Both the position numbers and the translations under genes were made by a program. A DNA stretch of 64,000 nucleotides from Actinomycetota bacterium (GTDB taxonomy: Bacteria; Actinomycetota; Acidimicrobiia; Acidimicrobiales; JAMDDE01), in contig JAMDDE010000001.1 of assembly GCA_023489235.1 (NCBI GenBank), positions 14,072 to 78,071 on the forward strand, given 5' to 3'. The stretch's first letter is position 1. Every line of letters starts with the position of its first letter. Shown here piece after piece: positions 37,824 to 48,242 of the stretch. The notes below the pieces were generated by a model, which was not told the origin of the DNA, searched no databases, and saw nothing but the letters and a program-made list of their open reading frames with translations.

Positions 37824-38735
37824 ATGAAGATTGCAATGATTGGTTTGGGCAAGATGGGAGCCAATATGACCAAGCGCCTCTTGGTCAAAGGACACTCCGT
37901 AGTGGCCTACGATATCTCCGAGGAGGCTCGTGCAGCTGCTCGAGCTGACGGAGCCTATACTGCAGACAGTTTGAGCGCCATCGTCGACCAGTTGGAACCG
38001 CCTCGAATAGCTTGGGTAATGCTGCCCGCAGGGGAGGTGACCATCTCTACCATCGAACAACTATCGAAGTTGCTCTCCTCTGGCGACATCATCATCGACG
38101 GAGGTAACTCCCACTACACCGAGGCAGCCCCTTTGGCAGGTAAGTTAGCCTCCCAGGGCATCGATTTCATCGATGCTGGCGTATCTGGAGGGGTATGGGG
38201 TCTAGAGAACGGCTACTGCCTAATGGTGGGTGGCTCGACCGAGGCGGTGAGGACAGCAGAACCCATCTTCCTCGCCTTGGCTCCGGAAGGAGGATATGCC
38301 CATGTAGGACCCGTTGGATCAGGTCATTTCGTGAAGATGGTCCACAATGGTATCGAATATGGGATGATGCAGGCATACGCGGAGGGGTTCGAGATAATGG
38401 CAGCAGCCAAGGAGTTCTCCTTGGACTTGCACGAGATAGCCTCCATATGGAGGTATGGATCCGTGGTGAGATCATGGCTCTTGGAGCTCACCGAGAGAGC
38501 TCTTGCCCCTGGATCTGGATTCGAGGAAATAAAGGGGGTGGTAGCCGACTCAGGAGAGGGCCGCTGGACCGTTCAGGAAGCTATCGACCGGTCAATTCCA
38601 GCACCGGTCATCTCCGCTGCCCTGTATGCACGGTTCGCATCCCGGCAAGTCGACTCGTTTGCAGGTAAGCTACTTGCTGCCCTGAGAAACCAATTCGGCG
38701 GTCACGCGGTGGTCACTGAAAAGAAAGGGCGTTAG
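37824..38735 (+). CDS. gnd: 6-phosphogluconate dehydrogenase, short (decarboxylating, Gnd-like/YqeC) form
   Basis: MKIAMIGLGKMGANM Rossmann motif, and ~300 aa with 6PGDH-like sequence (GHFVKMVHNGIEYG). An alternative ATG lies at 37812. Confidence 0.88.
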   Translation: MKIAMIGLGKMGANMTKRLLVKGHSVVAYDISEEARAAARADGAYTADSLSAIVDQLEPPRIAWVMLPAGEVTISTIEQLSKLLSSGDIIIDGGNSHYTEAAPLAGKLASQGIDFIDAGVSGGVWGLENGYCLMVGGSTEAVRTAEPIFLALAPEGGYAHVGPVGSGHFVKMVHNGIEYGMMQAYAEGFEIMAAAKEFSLDLHEIASIWRYGSVVRSWLLELTERALAPGSGFEEIKGVVADSGEGRWTVQEAIDRSIPAPVISAALYARFASRQVDSFAGKLLAALRNQFGGHAVVTEKKGR

Positions 38736-38736
38736 C

Positions 38737-40281
38737 GTGGCAGAACCCGAGAACTCCCTTTCTGGCATAGCAGAGCTCGAGAATCCGCTATCGGCAGGAC
38801 TCGAGTCCGAACGCATGGTTCCCTCCTTGGTGATGGTGATATTCGGAGCCTCAGGTGACCTAGCCAAGAGAAAGATCCTTCCTGCCCTGGAGAGCCTGGC
38901 CTCTCGCCATATACTGCCTCATTCCTTCTGTGTCGTGGGAGTGGCGAGGTCTTCCTGGAGTGACGAGGATTTTCGCAAGGTAGCCATTGAGGCAACGGAT
39001 AATCCTTGCCCGACGTGGAGACGCCTAGTGGAGAATTTCCGTTACGTACCAGGGGATTACAGTGACTCGACAACCTTCGAGCGTTTGCGAACGGTTCTGG
39101 AAGAGGTTGATCGTACCATTGGGACCAGGGGGAACAGGCTTTACTATCTTGCCACACTGCCAGATCTATTCGGTGTGGTAGCCAAAGCCTTGGCCAATGA
39201 AGGGCTTTCCAAACCTCAGAACGACGAGTCGTTCGTGCGGGTCGTCGTGGAGAAGCCTTACGGTCGCGATATAGACTCCGCTAGAAAGCTGGACAAAGAG
39301 ATGCACTCCGTCTTCTCCGAGGAAAACATATTCCGAATAGATCACTACATGGGCAAGGAAACCGTCCAGAACGTCCTCGCTCTGCGATTCGCCAACGCTA
39401 TCTTCGAACCCATATGGAATAGACGTTATGTCGACCATGTGCAGGTAACCGTAGCCGAAAGTATAGGAGTGGAGCATCGAGGCGGTTTCTACGAAACTGC
39501 TGGTGCATTGCGCGACATAGTCCAAAACCACCTGATGCAAGTCTTGTCCCTAGTCTTGTTGGAGCCTCCCTCCTCCGTCGATGCCGAGGGAATTCGCAAC
39601 GAGAAGGTCAAGGCACTCTCCGCTGTACTCATCCCCACCGTCGATGAGGTGGCTAGCCAAGCCGTCCGTGGTCAGTACGGTCCAGGATGGATAGAAGGCA
39701 AGGAGGTCGCTGGGTACAGGGAGGAACCGGGAGTGGATCCAGAGTCCAAGACAGAAACCTACGTAGCCATGGAACTGCGCGTAGACAACTGGCGTTGGGC
39801 TGGCGTACCCATATACTTGCGAACAGGCAAACGATTGCCTAAAAGAGCCACTGAGGTGGTCATGCAGTTTCAACGGGTTCCCCATCTGCCCTTCGCCCGC
39901 TCCTTGGCAAGGAATTTGGAGCCAAATGCATTAGTGGTACGTGTACAACCTGACGAAGGGGTTACCTTACGCTTTGGAGCCAAAATACCAGGTGGAGAGT
40001 TCAGACTGCGCAGCGTATCCATGGATTTCTCTTACGGAAGCTCTTTTTTGGAACACACGCCAGAAGCGTATGAGCGCCTGCTAGGAGATGCCATGTCCGG
40101 TGATGCCACGCTTTTCATACGGACAGACGAAGTAGACCGGGCTTGGCAGATCGTGGATCCTTTCTTGGAGGCATGGGCAGAGGACATAGTGCCCATAAAG
40201 CCATATCCGGCTGGCACTTGGGGTCCAAAGGACGCTGACCTCCTCCTGCAACGGGCTGGACGAAGATGGAGAACGCCATGA
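38737..40281 (+). CDS. zwf: Glucose-6-phosphate 1-dehydrogenase
   Basis: GTG start. IFGASGDLAKRK dinucleotide motif and RIDHYMGKE active-site signature. Confidence 0.93.
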   Translation: MAEPENSLSGIAELENPLSAGLESERMVPSLVMVIFGASGDLAKRKILPALESLASRHILPHSFCVVGVARSSWSDEDFRKVAIEATDNPCPTWRRLVENFRYVPGDYSDSTTFERLRTVLEEVDRTIGTRGNRLYYLATLPDLFGVVAKALANEGLSKPQNDESFVRVVVEKPYGRDIDSARKLDKEMHSVFSEENIFRIDHYMGKETVQNVLALRFANAIFEPIWNRRYVDHVQVTVAESIGVEHRGGFYETAGALRDIVQNHLMQVLSLVLLEPPSSVDAEGIRNEKVKALSAVLIPTVDEVASQAVRGQYGPGWIEGKEVAGYREEPGVDPESKTETYVAMELRVDNWRWAGVPIYLRTGKRLPKRATEVVMQFQRVPHLPFARSLARNLEPNALVVRVQPDEGVTLRFGAKIPGGEFRLRSVSMDFSYGSSFLEHTPEAYERLLGDAMSGDATLFIRTDEVDRAWQIVDPFLEAWAEDIVPIKPYPAGTWGPKDADLLLQRAGRRWRTP

Positions 40282-41354
40282 GCAGAACTGAGATATGGAG
40301 CGTCAAGGACACAAGCCTTCCGGAGATATATACGGCAGTCCAGAACCTGAGAGCTCGAGCTGGTCATGACGCCATCCGTACGAGTGTGATGACTTTGGTC
40401 GTGGTGGCAGCCAATGAACGAGCAGCTATCCGCGCGAAAGAAGCAATGACCAATCTGGGAGTACGCCATCCAGGTCGCACCATTATTCTCTCCTGTCATC
40501 CAAAGATGGTCACAGAGTTGGACGCGGAGGTTAGCTTGTGCGAAGCAGATTCAGATATGAAGAAGCTCTGGTGGGACGAGATATTCATATCGGTGGGCAA
40601 GAATACCTGTGAACATATAGGTTCTGTAGTAGAGCCTTTGCTCTTGCCCGATCTTCCTATAGCTATATGGTTCACCCCCATTCCTCCACCTTCGGATCAC
40701 CCACTCATAGATATGGCCAATACGGTGATAGTAGATGGGATCGGACACAAACAAGAGTTGGCAGGGATTGAACCTCCTCTGGCGGGAGTGGTTCCCGCCG
40801 ACCAGCTAGACATGCTCGTTCAGCTGTGTAGAGCAAAACCTGTATTGGATCTCTCTTGGATAGCCTGGTCCCACCTTCGAGAACTCGTAGCTTCTTTGTT
40901 CGATCCACCAGAGGTACGAAAATTTGTCAAGCACATTCAATCTGCTTCAGTTGAAGCACCTCATCCATCTGCCTTGCTGCTGGCTGGTTGGCTATGGGAT
41001 AGGCTCAACCTCGAGTTGAACTCTATACATGTAGCTGACGCACCTGAAGCCGTGGTAGTTCTGGAATCAATGTACGCTGGTCAATCAGCTCAGTTCAAGG
41101 TCACTTCGGATCCGAGCGGTCACGAGCTATACGGTGAAGTGCGCGTTCGTGGGCAGCAAGTCATATCCGACAAAGTATACTTCCCACCACAATCCTTGTC
41201 CTGGACCTTAACTAAAGCTTTATCCTTGTCCGATCATGATCGGATATACGAGAGAGCGCTCATACAAGCTAGAGACCTGAGCATAGCCATGGGAAGAGTA
41301 TGGGGGACGTTCACAGGGGCGCAAAGAAACCAAGCGGCTTACACTTCTTCTTGA
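40278..41354 (+). CDS. opcA: Glucose-6-phosphate dehydrogenase assembly protein OpcA
   Basis: Its size and its position between zwf and pgl match the actinobacterial zwf-opcA-pgl arrangement. ATGA start/stop overlap with zwf; the track start at 40266 is also possible. Confidence 0.75.
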   Translation: MSRTEIWSVKDTSLPEIYTAVQNLRARAGHDAIRTSVMTLVVVAANERAAIRAKEAMTNLGVRHPGRTIILSCHPKMVTELDAEVSLCEADSDMKKLWWDEIFISVGKNTCEHIGSVVEPLLLPDLPIAIWFTPIPPPSDHPLIDMANTVIVDGIGHKQELAGIEPPLAGVVPADQLDMLVQLCRAKPVLDLSWIAWSHLRELVASLFDPPEVRKFVKHIQSASVEAPHPSALLLAGWLWDRLNLELNSIHVADAPEAVVVLESMYAGQSAQFKVTSDPSGHELYGEVRVRGQQVISDKVYFPPQSLSWTLTKALSLSDHDRIYERALIQARDLSIAMGRVWGTFTGAQRNQAAYTSS

Positions 41355-41395
41355 ACTTTATATCTTTACTAGTTAAATATAAATGAAAGGTATAT

Positions 41396-42106
41396 ATGAA
41401 GCTAAATGGAACGGTTAAAGTTGTAAATGACGTACCTGCTGCATTCGCCGAGGTAGTCAATCAAGCGTTCATTACTCGACTGAACAAGCGTTTTAGTTTC
41501 ATGCTTTCCGGAGGGGATACGGCAAGAGCATGTTATGAGAGACTGGCTGAGACCCATCGTTCCAGTATTGACTGGGGGCTAGTCGATTTTTACTGGGGAG
41601 ACGAACGCTGTGTGCCTTTTGGCCATCCTGACTCCAACTACGGGATGGCCAAACACGCTCTGCTCGATCGATTGGGTCAGTTCGGTTCTGCACATCCAAT
41701 GCAGTGCAAACCGAACAACGCTCAAGCGTCGGCAGATAGCTATGCTGAGATCATTTCCCAGCTTGCTCAAGTAGATCTTATCCATTTGGGGATGGGACCA
41801 GATGGACACACAGCATCGCTTTTCGAGGGAACTCCGCTTGTCGATCCAGATAGTGTGGAGAGCCAGGCTTTGGTTGCATGCACCGAAGATCCTTCAGGCA
41901 AGAATCCTCATCTACGTCTGACGGTTACCCTGAGTACAATTGCCAAAGCCAGATTGGTGGTGTTCACCGTAGCAGGTGAGTCGAAGCGTGCTGGGTTCGC
42001 GGATTTACTCGCGGGCAAGCCCTTGCCGGCAGCGGTCGTAAAAGCTCCGGAGATCATCTGGCTGGTGGACAAGCAAGCCGCTCCGAGTCTGTCTGAAAAG
42101 CGCTAG
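41396..42106 (+). CDS. pgl: 6-phosphogluconolactonase
   Basis: GMGPDGHTASLF motif, 236 aa, positioned after opcA. Confidence 0.85.
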   Translation: MKLNGTVKVVNDVPAAFAEVVNQAFITRLNKRFSFMLSGGDTARACYERLAETHRSSIDWGLVDFYWGDERCVPFGHPDSNYGMAKHALLDRLGQFGSAHPMQCKPNNAQASADSYAEIISQLAQVDLIHLGMGPDGHTASLFEGTPLVDPDSVESQALVACTEDPSGKNPHLRLTVTLSTIAKARLVVFTVAGESKRAGFADLLAGKPLPAAVVKAPEIIWLVDKQAAPSLSEKR

Positions 42107-42109
42107 TGT

Positions 42110-44440
42110 GTGGCTATGCCCACTTTGCTAGATAGGTCCTTTGCCGAGCTGCAACTACAGGCAGCTCGAATTCGCCAACAAGCTCATGGCAATCGTATTA
42201 CCTATTCACCAAAGGTTTTCGTTCCCCTGACCCAACTGTGTCGTGATCACTGTGGGTACTGTACCTTCGCCAAGGCTCCGAAAAATCTGGCTAGTCCCTA
42301 TCTCGAGTTGGATGAAGTGCTGGCAATAGCTGCCTCTGGTGCGAAAGCAGGATGCAAGGAGGTCCTCCTCACCCTGGGGGAGTCTCCAGAGAGCCGTTAC
42401 CCTGCTGCAGCTGAATGGCTGTCTTCCAGGGGCTACAGGACGACAATAGACTACCTGGTGGAAGCGGCACGCCTCATCACCAAGGAGACTGGGCTGCTAT
42501 GCCACAGCAATGCCGGAGCCATTGGAGCTGAGGAGTTGGATCGTCTCCGTAAGGTGACGGCCAGTCAAGGTATGATGCTGGAGTCTTTGCGACCGGATCT
42601 TGTCGCTCATCGTGGATCACCGGACAAGAGTCCCGAAAGGCGGTTGGCTACCTTGACTGCCGCTGGCGAACTTCACATTCCCTTCACCACCGGTATCCTC
42701 GTGGGCATCGGGGAACAACGCGAGGACCGGGTTGTTGCTTTGGAGGCCATTGCCGAACTTCACCGTCGTTATGGCCACATTCAAGAGGTCATAGTTCAGA
42801 ACTTCCTGCCCAAGCCGGGTACAGCCATGCAAAACCACCCAGCCTGTCCATCTTCAGAACTGGCTTGGACCATAGCAGTGGCACGCATAATCCTCCCTCC
42901 GGAAGTGCATGTACAGGCCCCACCCAACCTCTCCGATGACCTCAACCCCCTGCTCGACTCTGGACTGGATGACTGGGGTGGTGTATCTCCCGTCACTGTC
43001 GATCACATCAACCCAGAACGACCATGGCCAGCTATGGAGATCCTGCGAGCGGTAACCGAAGGGGCTGGATTCACCTTGGCTCCTCGGTTGACCATCTACC
43101 CGGAGTTTGCCTTGGACCCAGAGCAGTGGCTCGATCCCGAGATGCGCTTCTACGTTCTGGATCTCTCCGATGCTGAAGGTCTTGCCCGAGAGGATCCTTG
43201 GTCTCCAGGGGTAGATCATGATCCACCTGCTCTCATACCAATCGAAGAAAAGTCGGAACAAAGGTACTTGGAGGCCATCTCAAGGGGTCCTTCTCGTCCC
43301 TCGGCGAACGGAGCAATCAAAATGAGGGGTCGTGTAGCCGAGGTGCTCCAAGGGGTATTGGCCGGTCAAGAGGTCGACGAGGACGAAATTGTCACCTTGT
43401 TCTCTGCCCGTGGTCCTGAAGTAAGAGCAGTTGCTGAGCTAGCCGATCAGCTTCGTAGGGAAACGGTTGGCGATGCAGTCACTTGGGTGGCCAACAGGAA
43501 TATCAACTACACCAACATATGCACCTTCAAGTGCCGATTCTGCGCCTTTTCGAAAGGACCTCTCTCCTTGAACTTACGGGGCAACCCTTACCTGATGGAT
43601 CTGGAGGAGATCACCAGACGCGTAGTGGAGGCAGAAGAACTGGGTGCTACTGAAGTATGTCTCCAAGGAGGCATTCATCCTGACTTCGATGCCAGCTACT
43701 ACATAGAGATCCTTCGTGCAGTCCGGCAAGGATCCCAGCGCATCCACATCCATGGGTTCACCGCTCTAGAGGTATACGAAGCTGCCCGTCGCTCCGGAAT
43801 CTCTCTGGAAGAGTACTTGCGCACTCTCAAAGCTGAGGGACTACGCACCCTTCCAGGAACTGCCGCGGAAATACTCGATGACGAGATCCGAGCCATCCTG
43901 TGCCCAGACAAGGTAACGACCGAGCAGTGGCTGGAGGTCCACAGAGTAGCTCACTCAATAGGGCTCAACTCCAACGTCACCATCATGTTCGGTGCCGTGG
44001 AAACACCTCGTTCATGGGCCCGGCACTTGGTGCGTACACGAGAGCTGCAGAAGCAAACTGGAGGATTCACTGAACTCGTTCCACTTCCTTACGTCCACAT
44101 GGCTGCCCCTCTGTACCTCTCCAAGAGATCCCGGAGGGGGCCAACATTCAGAGAGGCCTTGTTGATGCATGCAGTTGGGCGCATCACATACCATAACTGG
44201 ATCCCCAACATACAGGTCAGTTGGCCCAAGATGGGGGTGAAAGGAGTCCAACAGATTCTTCGAGCGGGAGCCAACGACATCGGAGGCAGCTTGATAGACG
44301 AGAACATATCCAGAGCAGCAGGGGCTAGACACGGCCAAGCAATGGATGAAGAGGGATTCAGAGCCATAGTTGAACCCCTGGGGCGTTCTCTCGAGCAGAG
44401 AACCACCCTTTACGGTCGTGTCGTTTCCACGGTGACTTGA
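42110..44440 (+). CDS. fbiC: Bifunctional FO synthase (CofG/CofH fusion) for F420 biosynthesis
   Basis: Two radical-SAM cysteine motifs (CRDHCGYCTF and CTFKCRFCAF) in one 776-aa protein. Starts 3 nt after the pgl stop. Confidence 0.92.
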   Translation: MAMPTLLDRSFAELQLQAARIRQQAHGNRITYSPKVFVPLTQLCRDHCGYCTFAKAPKNLASPYLELDEVLAIAASGAKAGCKEVLLTLGESPESRYPAAAEWLSSRGYRTTIDYLVEAARLITKETGLLCHSNAGAIGAEELDRLRKVTASQGMMLESLRPDLVAHRGSPDKSPERRLATLTAAGELHIPFTTGILVGIGEQREDRVVALEAIAELHRRYGHIQEVIVQNFLPKPGTAMQNHPACPSSELAWTIAVARIILPPEVHVQAPPNLSDDLNPLLDSGLDDWGGVSPVTVDHINPERPWPAMEILRAVTEGAGFTLAPRLTIYPEFALDPEQWLDPEMRFYVLDLSDAEGLAREDPWSPGVDHDPPALIPIEEKSEQRYLEAISRGPSRPSANGAIKMRGRVAEVLQGVLAGQEVDEDEIVTLFSARGPEVRAVAELADQLRRETVGDAVTWVANRNINYTNICTFKCRFCAFSKGPLSLNLRGNPYLMDLEEITRRVVEAEELGATEVCLQGGIHPDFDASYYIEILRAVRQGSQRIHIHGFTALEVYEAARRSGISLEEYLRTLKAEGLRTLPGTAAEILDDEIRAILCPDKVTTEQWLEVHRVAHSIGLNSNVTIMFGAVETPRSWARHLVRTRELQKQTGGFTELVPLPYVHMAAPLYLSKRSRRGPTFREALLMHAVGRITYHNWIPNIQVSWPKMGVKGVQQILRAGANDIGGSLIDENISRAAGARHGQAMDEEGFRAIVEPLGRSLEQRTTLYGRVVSTVT

Positions 44441-45516
44441 ATCCTATGACCACCTCCTTGGAGCCGTCGACAAGTTATGAGCTAATTGAAGAACTCCTCA
44501 ACCGCTCAGGTGTGATAACCAATCGTGATCTCTGCTCAGCCATGATCACCACTGCCTTGAACATGGGAGCTTCCCAGAGCGAGAGGTTGGACCTCAAGAT
44601 CGCTGGTGCCGCTTTGGAAGAGATGGCCGAGGCGTTCAAGTTGTTCCAACCTTTTCGCTCCTACCCCAAGGTGACCTTTTTTGGCTCAGCCCGCACCAAG
44701 AACGATGATCCTCTCTATGCCCGTGCTCGCTCTCTTGCTGGAATAATGGCTTCTCATGGATGGATGGTGGTCACTGGCGCTGGCCCTGGAATCATGGCTG
44801 CAGCCACAGAAGGAGCTGGCAGGGACATGTCCATCGGGGTCAATATTCGCCTGCCCTTCGAGCAAGGAGCCAACCAGTTCATCGCAGCGGACAGCAAGCT
44901 CGTTGAGATGCGCTACTTCTTCACCAGAAAGCTGATGCTGATGAAGGAGTCAAATGCTTACGTGGTAATGCCTGGCGGGTTCGGAACTTTGGATGAGTCC
45001 TTCGAACTGCTTACCCTCCTGCAAACTGGAAAAGCTCAACCGGCACCGGTTGTCTTCCTGGATACAGATGAGTCAGGGTACTGGGACGGTTGGAGGCATT
45101 TCTTGGACAAGCACGTAATAGCTGATAAAAACTATGTGGACGAGGAAGACACTAACTTGTTCACGATTACCTCCTCAGTAGAGGAGGCAGCCTCCAACTT
45201 GCTCGGCTTCTACCGCAACTACCACTCCTTGAGATGGGTTGGAGACTTGTTGGTGCTACGCATGAAGATTCTACCCACCCAGGAGGAGCTGCACAGGTTG
45301 AACGACTCCTTCGGTGACATCTGCATACAAGGGCGCATTCATGTCACCAAACCACTCCCCCCTGAGCGACACGACCAAGACTGCCTTGACCTACCTAGGT
45401 TGGCTTTCAAGTTCGACCGTCTCCACTACGGCCGCCTTCGCCTGCTCATAGATGCACTGAACAACATATCGGCGTTGCAAGAGCTCTCTCCTTCCGAGAT
45501 GTCCCGAGATCAATGA
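44437..45516 (+). CDS. LOG-family (TIGR00730-type) nucleotide 5'-monophosphate nucleosidase-like protein with N- and C-terminal extensions
   Basis: TGAGPGIMAAA and PGGFGTLDE LOG motifs. At 359 aa it is larger than minimal LOG proteins. It overlaps the fbiC stop. Confidence 0.8.
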   Translation: MNPMTTSLEPSTSYELIEELLNRSGVITNRDLCSAMITTALNMGASQSERLDLKIAGAALEEMAEAFKLFQPFRSYPKVTFFGSARTKNDDPLYARARSLAGIMASHGWMVVTGAGPGIMAAATEGAGRDMSIGVNIRLPFEQGANQFIAADSKLVEMRYFFTRKLMLMKESNAYVVMPGGFGTLDESFELLTLLQTGKAQPAPVVFLDTDESGYWDGWRHFLDKHVIADKNYVDEEDTNLFTITSSVEEAASNLLGFYRNYHSLRWVGDLLVLRMKILPTQEELHRLNDSFGDICIQGRIHVTKPLPPERHDQDCLDLPRLAFKFDRLHYGRLRLLIDALNNISALQELSPSEMSRDQ

Positions 45517-46184
45517 GTACCCCCCTCAAAGCTGTGATATTCGACCTCGACGGTCTTGCAGTTGACTCCGAGCCCTACCACGTCCAGGCATGGTATCAAG
45601 CTGTGGCAGAACTTGGAGGAGAACTCAAAGAAGAGCTCCTGGCCTATGGATTTGGGAGATCGGTCAAAGAGACCGCAGAGATGATAGCCAAAGAGTATGG
45701 AGTTGATGCTGAGGCACTGGTAGAACTACGAAACAAGTTGTTCGATGCTCTCACGGAGGGAGGAATCCCTCCGCGAGAAGGACTTGTTGCGGCAGTTGAG
45801 TCATTGCGCAAGATGGGTATGGCAGTAGCACTGGCCTCCTCTGGCACCAGTCAGTACGTGAGCAAGGTAACAAAGCAACTGTCGGTTCATTACGGGATCA
45901 GCTTCGACTACATAGTAACCCGAGACGATGTAACAAGGGGCAAACCTGATCCAGAACCGTTCTTGGCCGCCGCAAGAGGCGTTGGTATCGAAGCTGCATA
46001 CTGCGCGGTGCTAGAGGACGCTCCAACAGGAGCTCTAGCAGCACGTCGAGCAGCGATGACCTGCATAGTCGTACCCAATGAGCACACAAGGAATCTGGAG
46101 TTCCCTGGAGGATGCATCATAGTGAGCACCCTCACCGAAGCTGTGAGCTATATAGCAACGATTAACGCTACCGCCGCCCAATAA
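45513..46184 (+). CDS. HAD-superfamily hydrolase (beta-phosphoglucomutase-like subfamily IA)
   Basis: VIFDLDGLAVDSE motif I and KPDPEPF motif. ATGA overlap with the upstream gene. Confidence 0.8.
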   Translation: MSTPLKAVIFDLDGLAVDSEPYHVQAWYQAVAELGGELKEELLAYGFGRSVKETAEMIAKEYGVDAEALVELRNKLFDALTEGGIPPREGLVAAVESLRKMGMAVALASSGTSQYVSKVTKQLSVHYGISFDYIVTRDDVTRGKPDPEPFLAAARGVGIEAAYCAVLEDAPTGALAARRAAMTCIVVPNEHTRNLEFPGGCIIVSTLTEAVSYIATINATAAQ

Positions 46185-46209
46185 GCTCGGTCCACCTCTG
46201 TTCTGGAGC

Positions 46210-47232
46210 TCATTTCCGTTCTGGCGAGAGTGGGCCTCTCCCTGCGCCTGTTCGGGTTATCGCCTCCCCTATCGCATCGAGATCTTCAATGTCCAGAGTC
46301 ACCGTACCTCCAGGCAACCACCCATCCACCTGCTCGGGACTACGCGCTCCAACTATCGCGCCAGTCACTCCTGGCCATGCTAGAACCCAGGCTATTGCTA
46401 TAGCTGCCACTGTGGTCTCGTGTTTTCTAGCTAGGGGGACGAGAGCATCTCGTAATGCCAAATTTGCCGATAACCCTGGCTCCGTGAAGTTACGGTCCCT
46501 CCTCCGCCAATCGTCCTCCGCCATTGCCGCAACCCGTTGGCGGCTGAATGAATCGGTCAACAATCCTGACTGCATCGGACTGTAGCAGATCACCCCAGTG
46601 GAGTGATCTCTACACCAAGGTATTTGCGATCCGCCAACCGAACGCTCGATCAAGGAAAAGGGAGGCTGCAGGGAATCCACATGATGAATGGCCTCACAGC
46701 GTTCCAGTAGCCCGACATCGAAGTTCGATACCCCACCAGCTCGTACTTTGCCCTGTTCGATCAGCTCCACCATGACCTCCCAGGAGTCTTCCACTGGAGT
46801 ACCGGTCTCATCTGGCCAATGGAACTGATACAAGTCAATTCTCTCTACGCCTAGGCGCCGTAGCGAGTTGTCGCACTCCTCGCGAATACGCTCAGGACGC
46901 AAGTCCCGAAGAGGGGGAAGCATACGGTTAGAGCTGTTCCAGTTCAAGCCACATTTCGTAAAAATATAGGGTCGGTCAGGCTCAGGGATTGCCCGTACCG
47001 TTCGTCCTACGACCTCCTCGGAGTGTCCCAGCCCATAGACTGCAGCAGTGTCGATCCAGTTGATCCCCGCATCAAGAGCATGACGAATGGCATACTCCGA
47101 TGCCCGATCGTCCTGGGGTCCCCAGGAAAAGGCCCATCCCCCACCTCCCATTGCCCAGGAGCCTATCCCTACGACGGTTATGTCCATGCCCGACTTGCCT
47201 AATGACCTCTTGGGAAGCTGAATCTCTGCCAT
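46210..47232 (-). CDS. Aldo/keto reductase
   Basis: 340 aa with AKR pattern (LGKSGMDITVVGIGSWAMGG, INWIDTAAVYGLGHSEEVVG). Confidence 0.88.
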   Translation of the reverse strand: MAEIQLPKRSLGKSGMDITVVGIGSWAMGGGGWAFSWGPQDDRASEYAIRHALDAGINWIDTAAVYGLGHSEEVVGRTVRAIPEPDRPYIFTKCGLNWNSSNRMLPPLRDLRPERIREECDNSLRRLGVERIDLYQFHWPDETGTPVEDSWEVMVELIEQGKVRAGGVSNFDVGLLERCEAIHHVDSLQPPFSLIERSVGGSQIPWCRDHSTGVICYSPMQSGLLTDSFSRQRVAAMAEDDWRRRDRNFTEPGLSANLALRDALVPLARKHETTVAAIAIAWVLAWPGVTGAIVGARSPEQVDGWLPGGTVTLDIEDLDAIGEAITRTGAGRGPLSPERK

Positions 47233-47345
47233 GAGTCCAAGTCTACTAACCTGACCGCAAGCGGAGTTCCGAATAAGGCTGCTCGCTCGATGATCAAGTC
47301 CCCGATGTTGCGAACCGGCTAGTCACAACTCTCTAGGTTCAACGC

Positions 47346-48155
47346 TTAAACATTTGTTCCCTTGATCGAGTCTTGCAAGTTAGAGTCGTGCAACCCTCGT
47401 GCCGTACTGAACTCCTTGGCCATAATCTGAGAGAGCAGACCTCCATCGGTGCCAACAGTAATGAGTCGAAAACCCATCTCTGCGTAGCGTGCTGCCCACA
47501 CCCCGCTACTGCATTGAATACCAGGTATCTTGCCTTCCTCGTTGCATATGGACCTAACTCGTTCAGCCACGGAAAGCAACGCGTCGTCACCTAGCTCCCC
47601 CGGTATCCTTCCCAAGTTGATGGCCAGATCCCAAGGTCCTATGTAAACCCCATCGATCGACTTCGTCCGGCATATCTCCTCGAGGTGATCGACCCCCGTC
47701 TTTGTCTCGATCATGACAAAACAGAGGGCTTGCTCCAAATCTCTGGGGTCATCGCTTCCAAATACGGAAACTGCTCCTGAAGGACCGTAGGAGCGATGCC
47801 CGTTCGGGGGATAACGACATGCTGCCGCTGCCCTGTTAGCCTCTTCAGCTGACTCGATGCCAGGTACTATCACCCCGACGGCGCCTAGATCCAAACTACG
47901 ACCTATTTCCAGCTCGTTGTTGGCACCTACTCTGACCAATACCCCTATTGATTCAGCGTATCTTGATGTAGCTATTGCAAATATAGTTTCCTCACTATGA
48001 GCCAACCCGTGTTGCATATCGATGCATATGTAGTCCACCCCAGGGGTTCGAGAAATCGAGTCGGCCAACGACACACTGCCTGAGGTGAGCCATACTCCAA
48101 AGACAGTCTCTCCCTCTCTGACGCGAGATAAAAAACTACCGTTATTAGTGGTCAT
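47346..48155 (-). CDS. HpcH/HpaI-family (class II, pyruvate-type) aldolase
   Basis: 269 aa. VDYICIDMQHG and overall similarity to 2-keto-3-deoxy-acid aldolases (HpaI/RhmA-like), from memory. Confidence 0.78.
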   Translation of the reverse strand: MTTNNGSFLSRVREGETVFGVWLTSGSVSLADSISRTPGVDYICIDMQHGLAHSEETIFAIATSRYAESIGVLVRVGANNELEIGRSLDLGAVGVIVPGIESAEEANRAAAACRYPPNGHRSYGPSGAVSVFGSDDPRDLEQALCFVMIETKTGVDHLEEICRTKSIDGVYIGPWDLAINLGRIPGELGDDALLSVAERVRSICNEEGKIPGIQCSSGVWAARYAEMGFRLITVGTDGGLLSQIMAKEFSTARGLHDSNLQDSIKGTNV

Positions 48156-48242
48156 ATACTACCATCCTTTATTTGTAGAATTGTTCACCTGTCCATAGCC
48201 TACTTGTCTAATTAGACTCTCCCTGGGTCTCGTCCGGACGCT

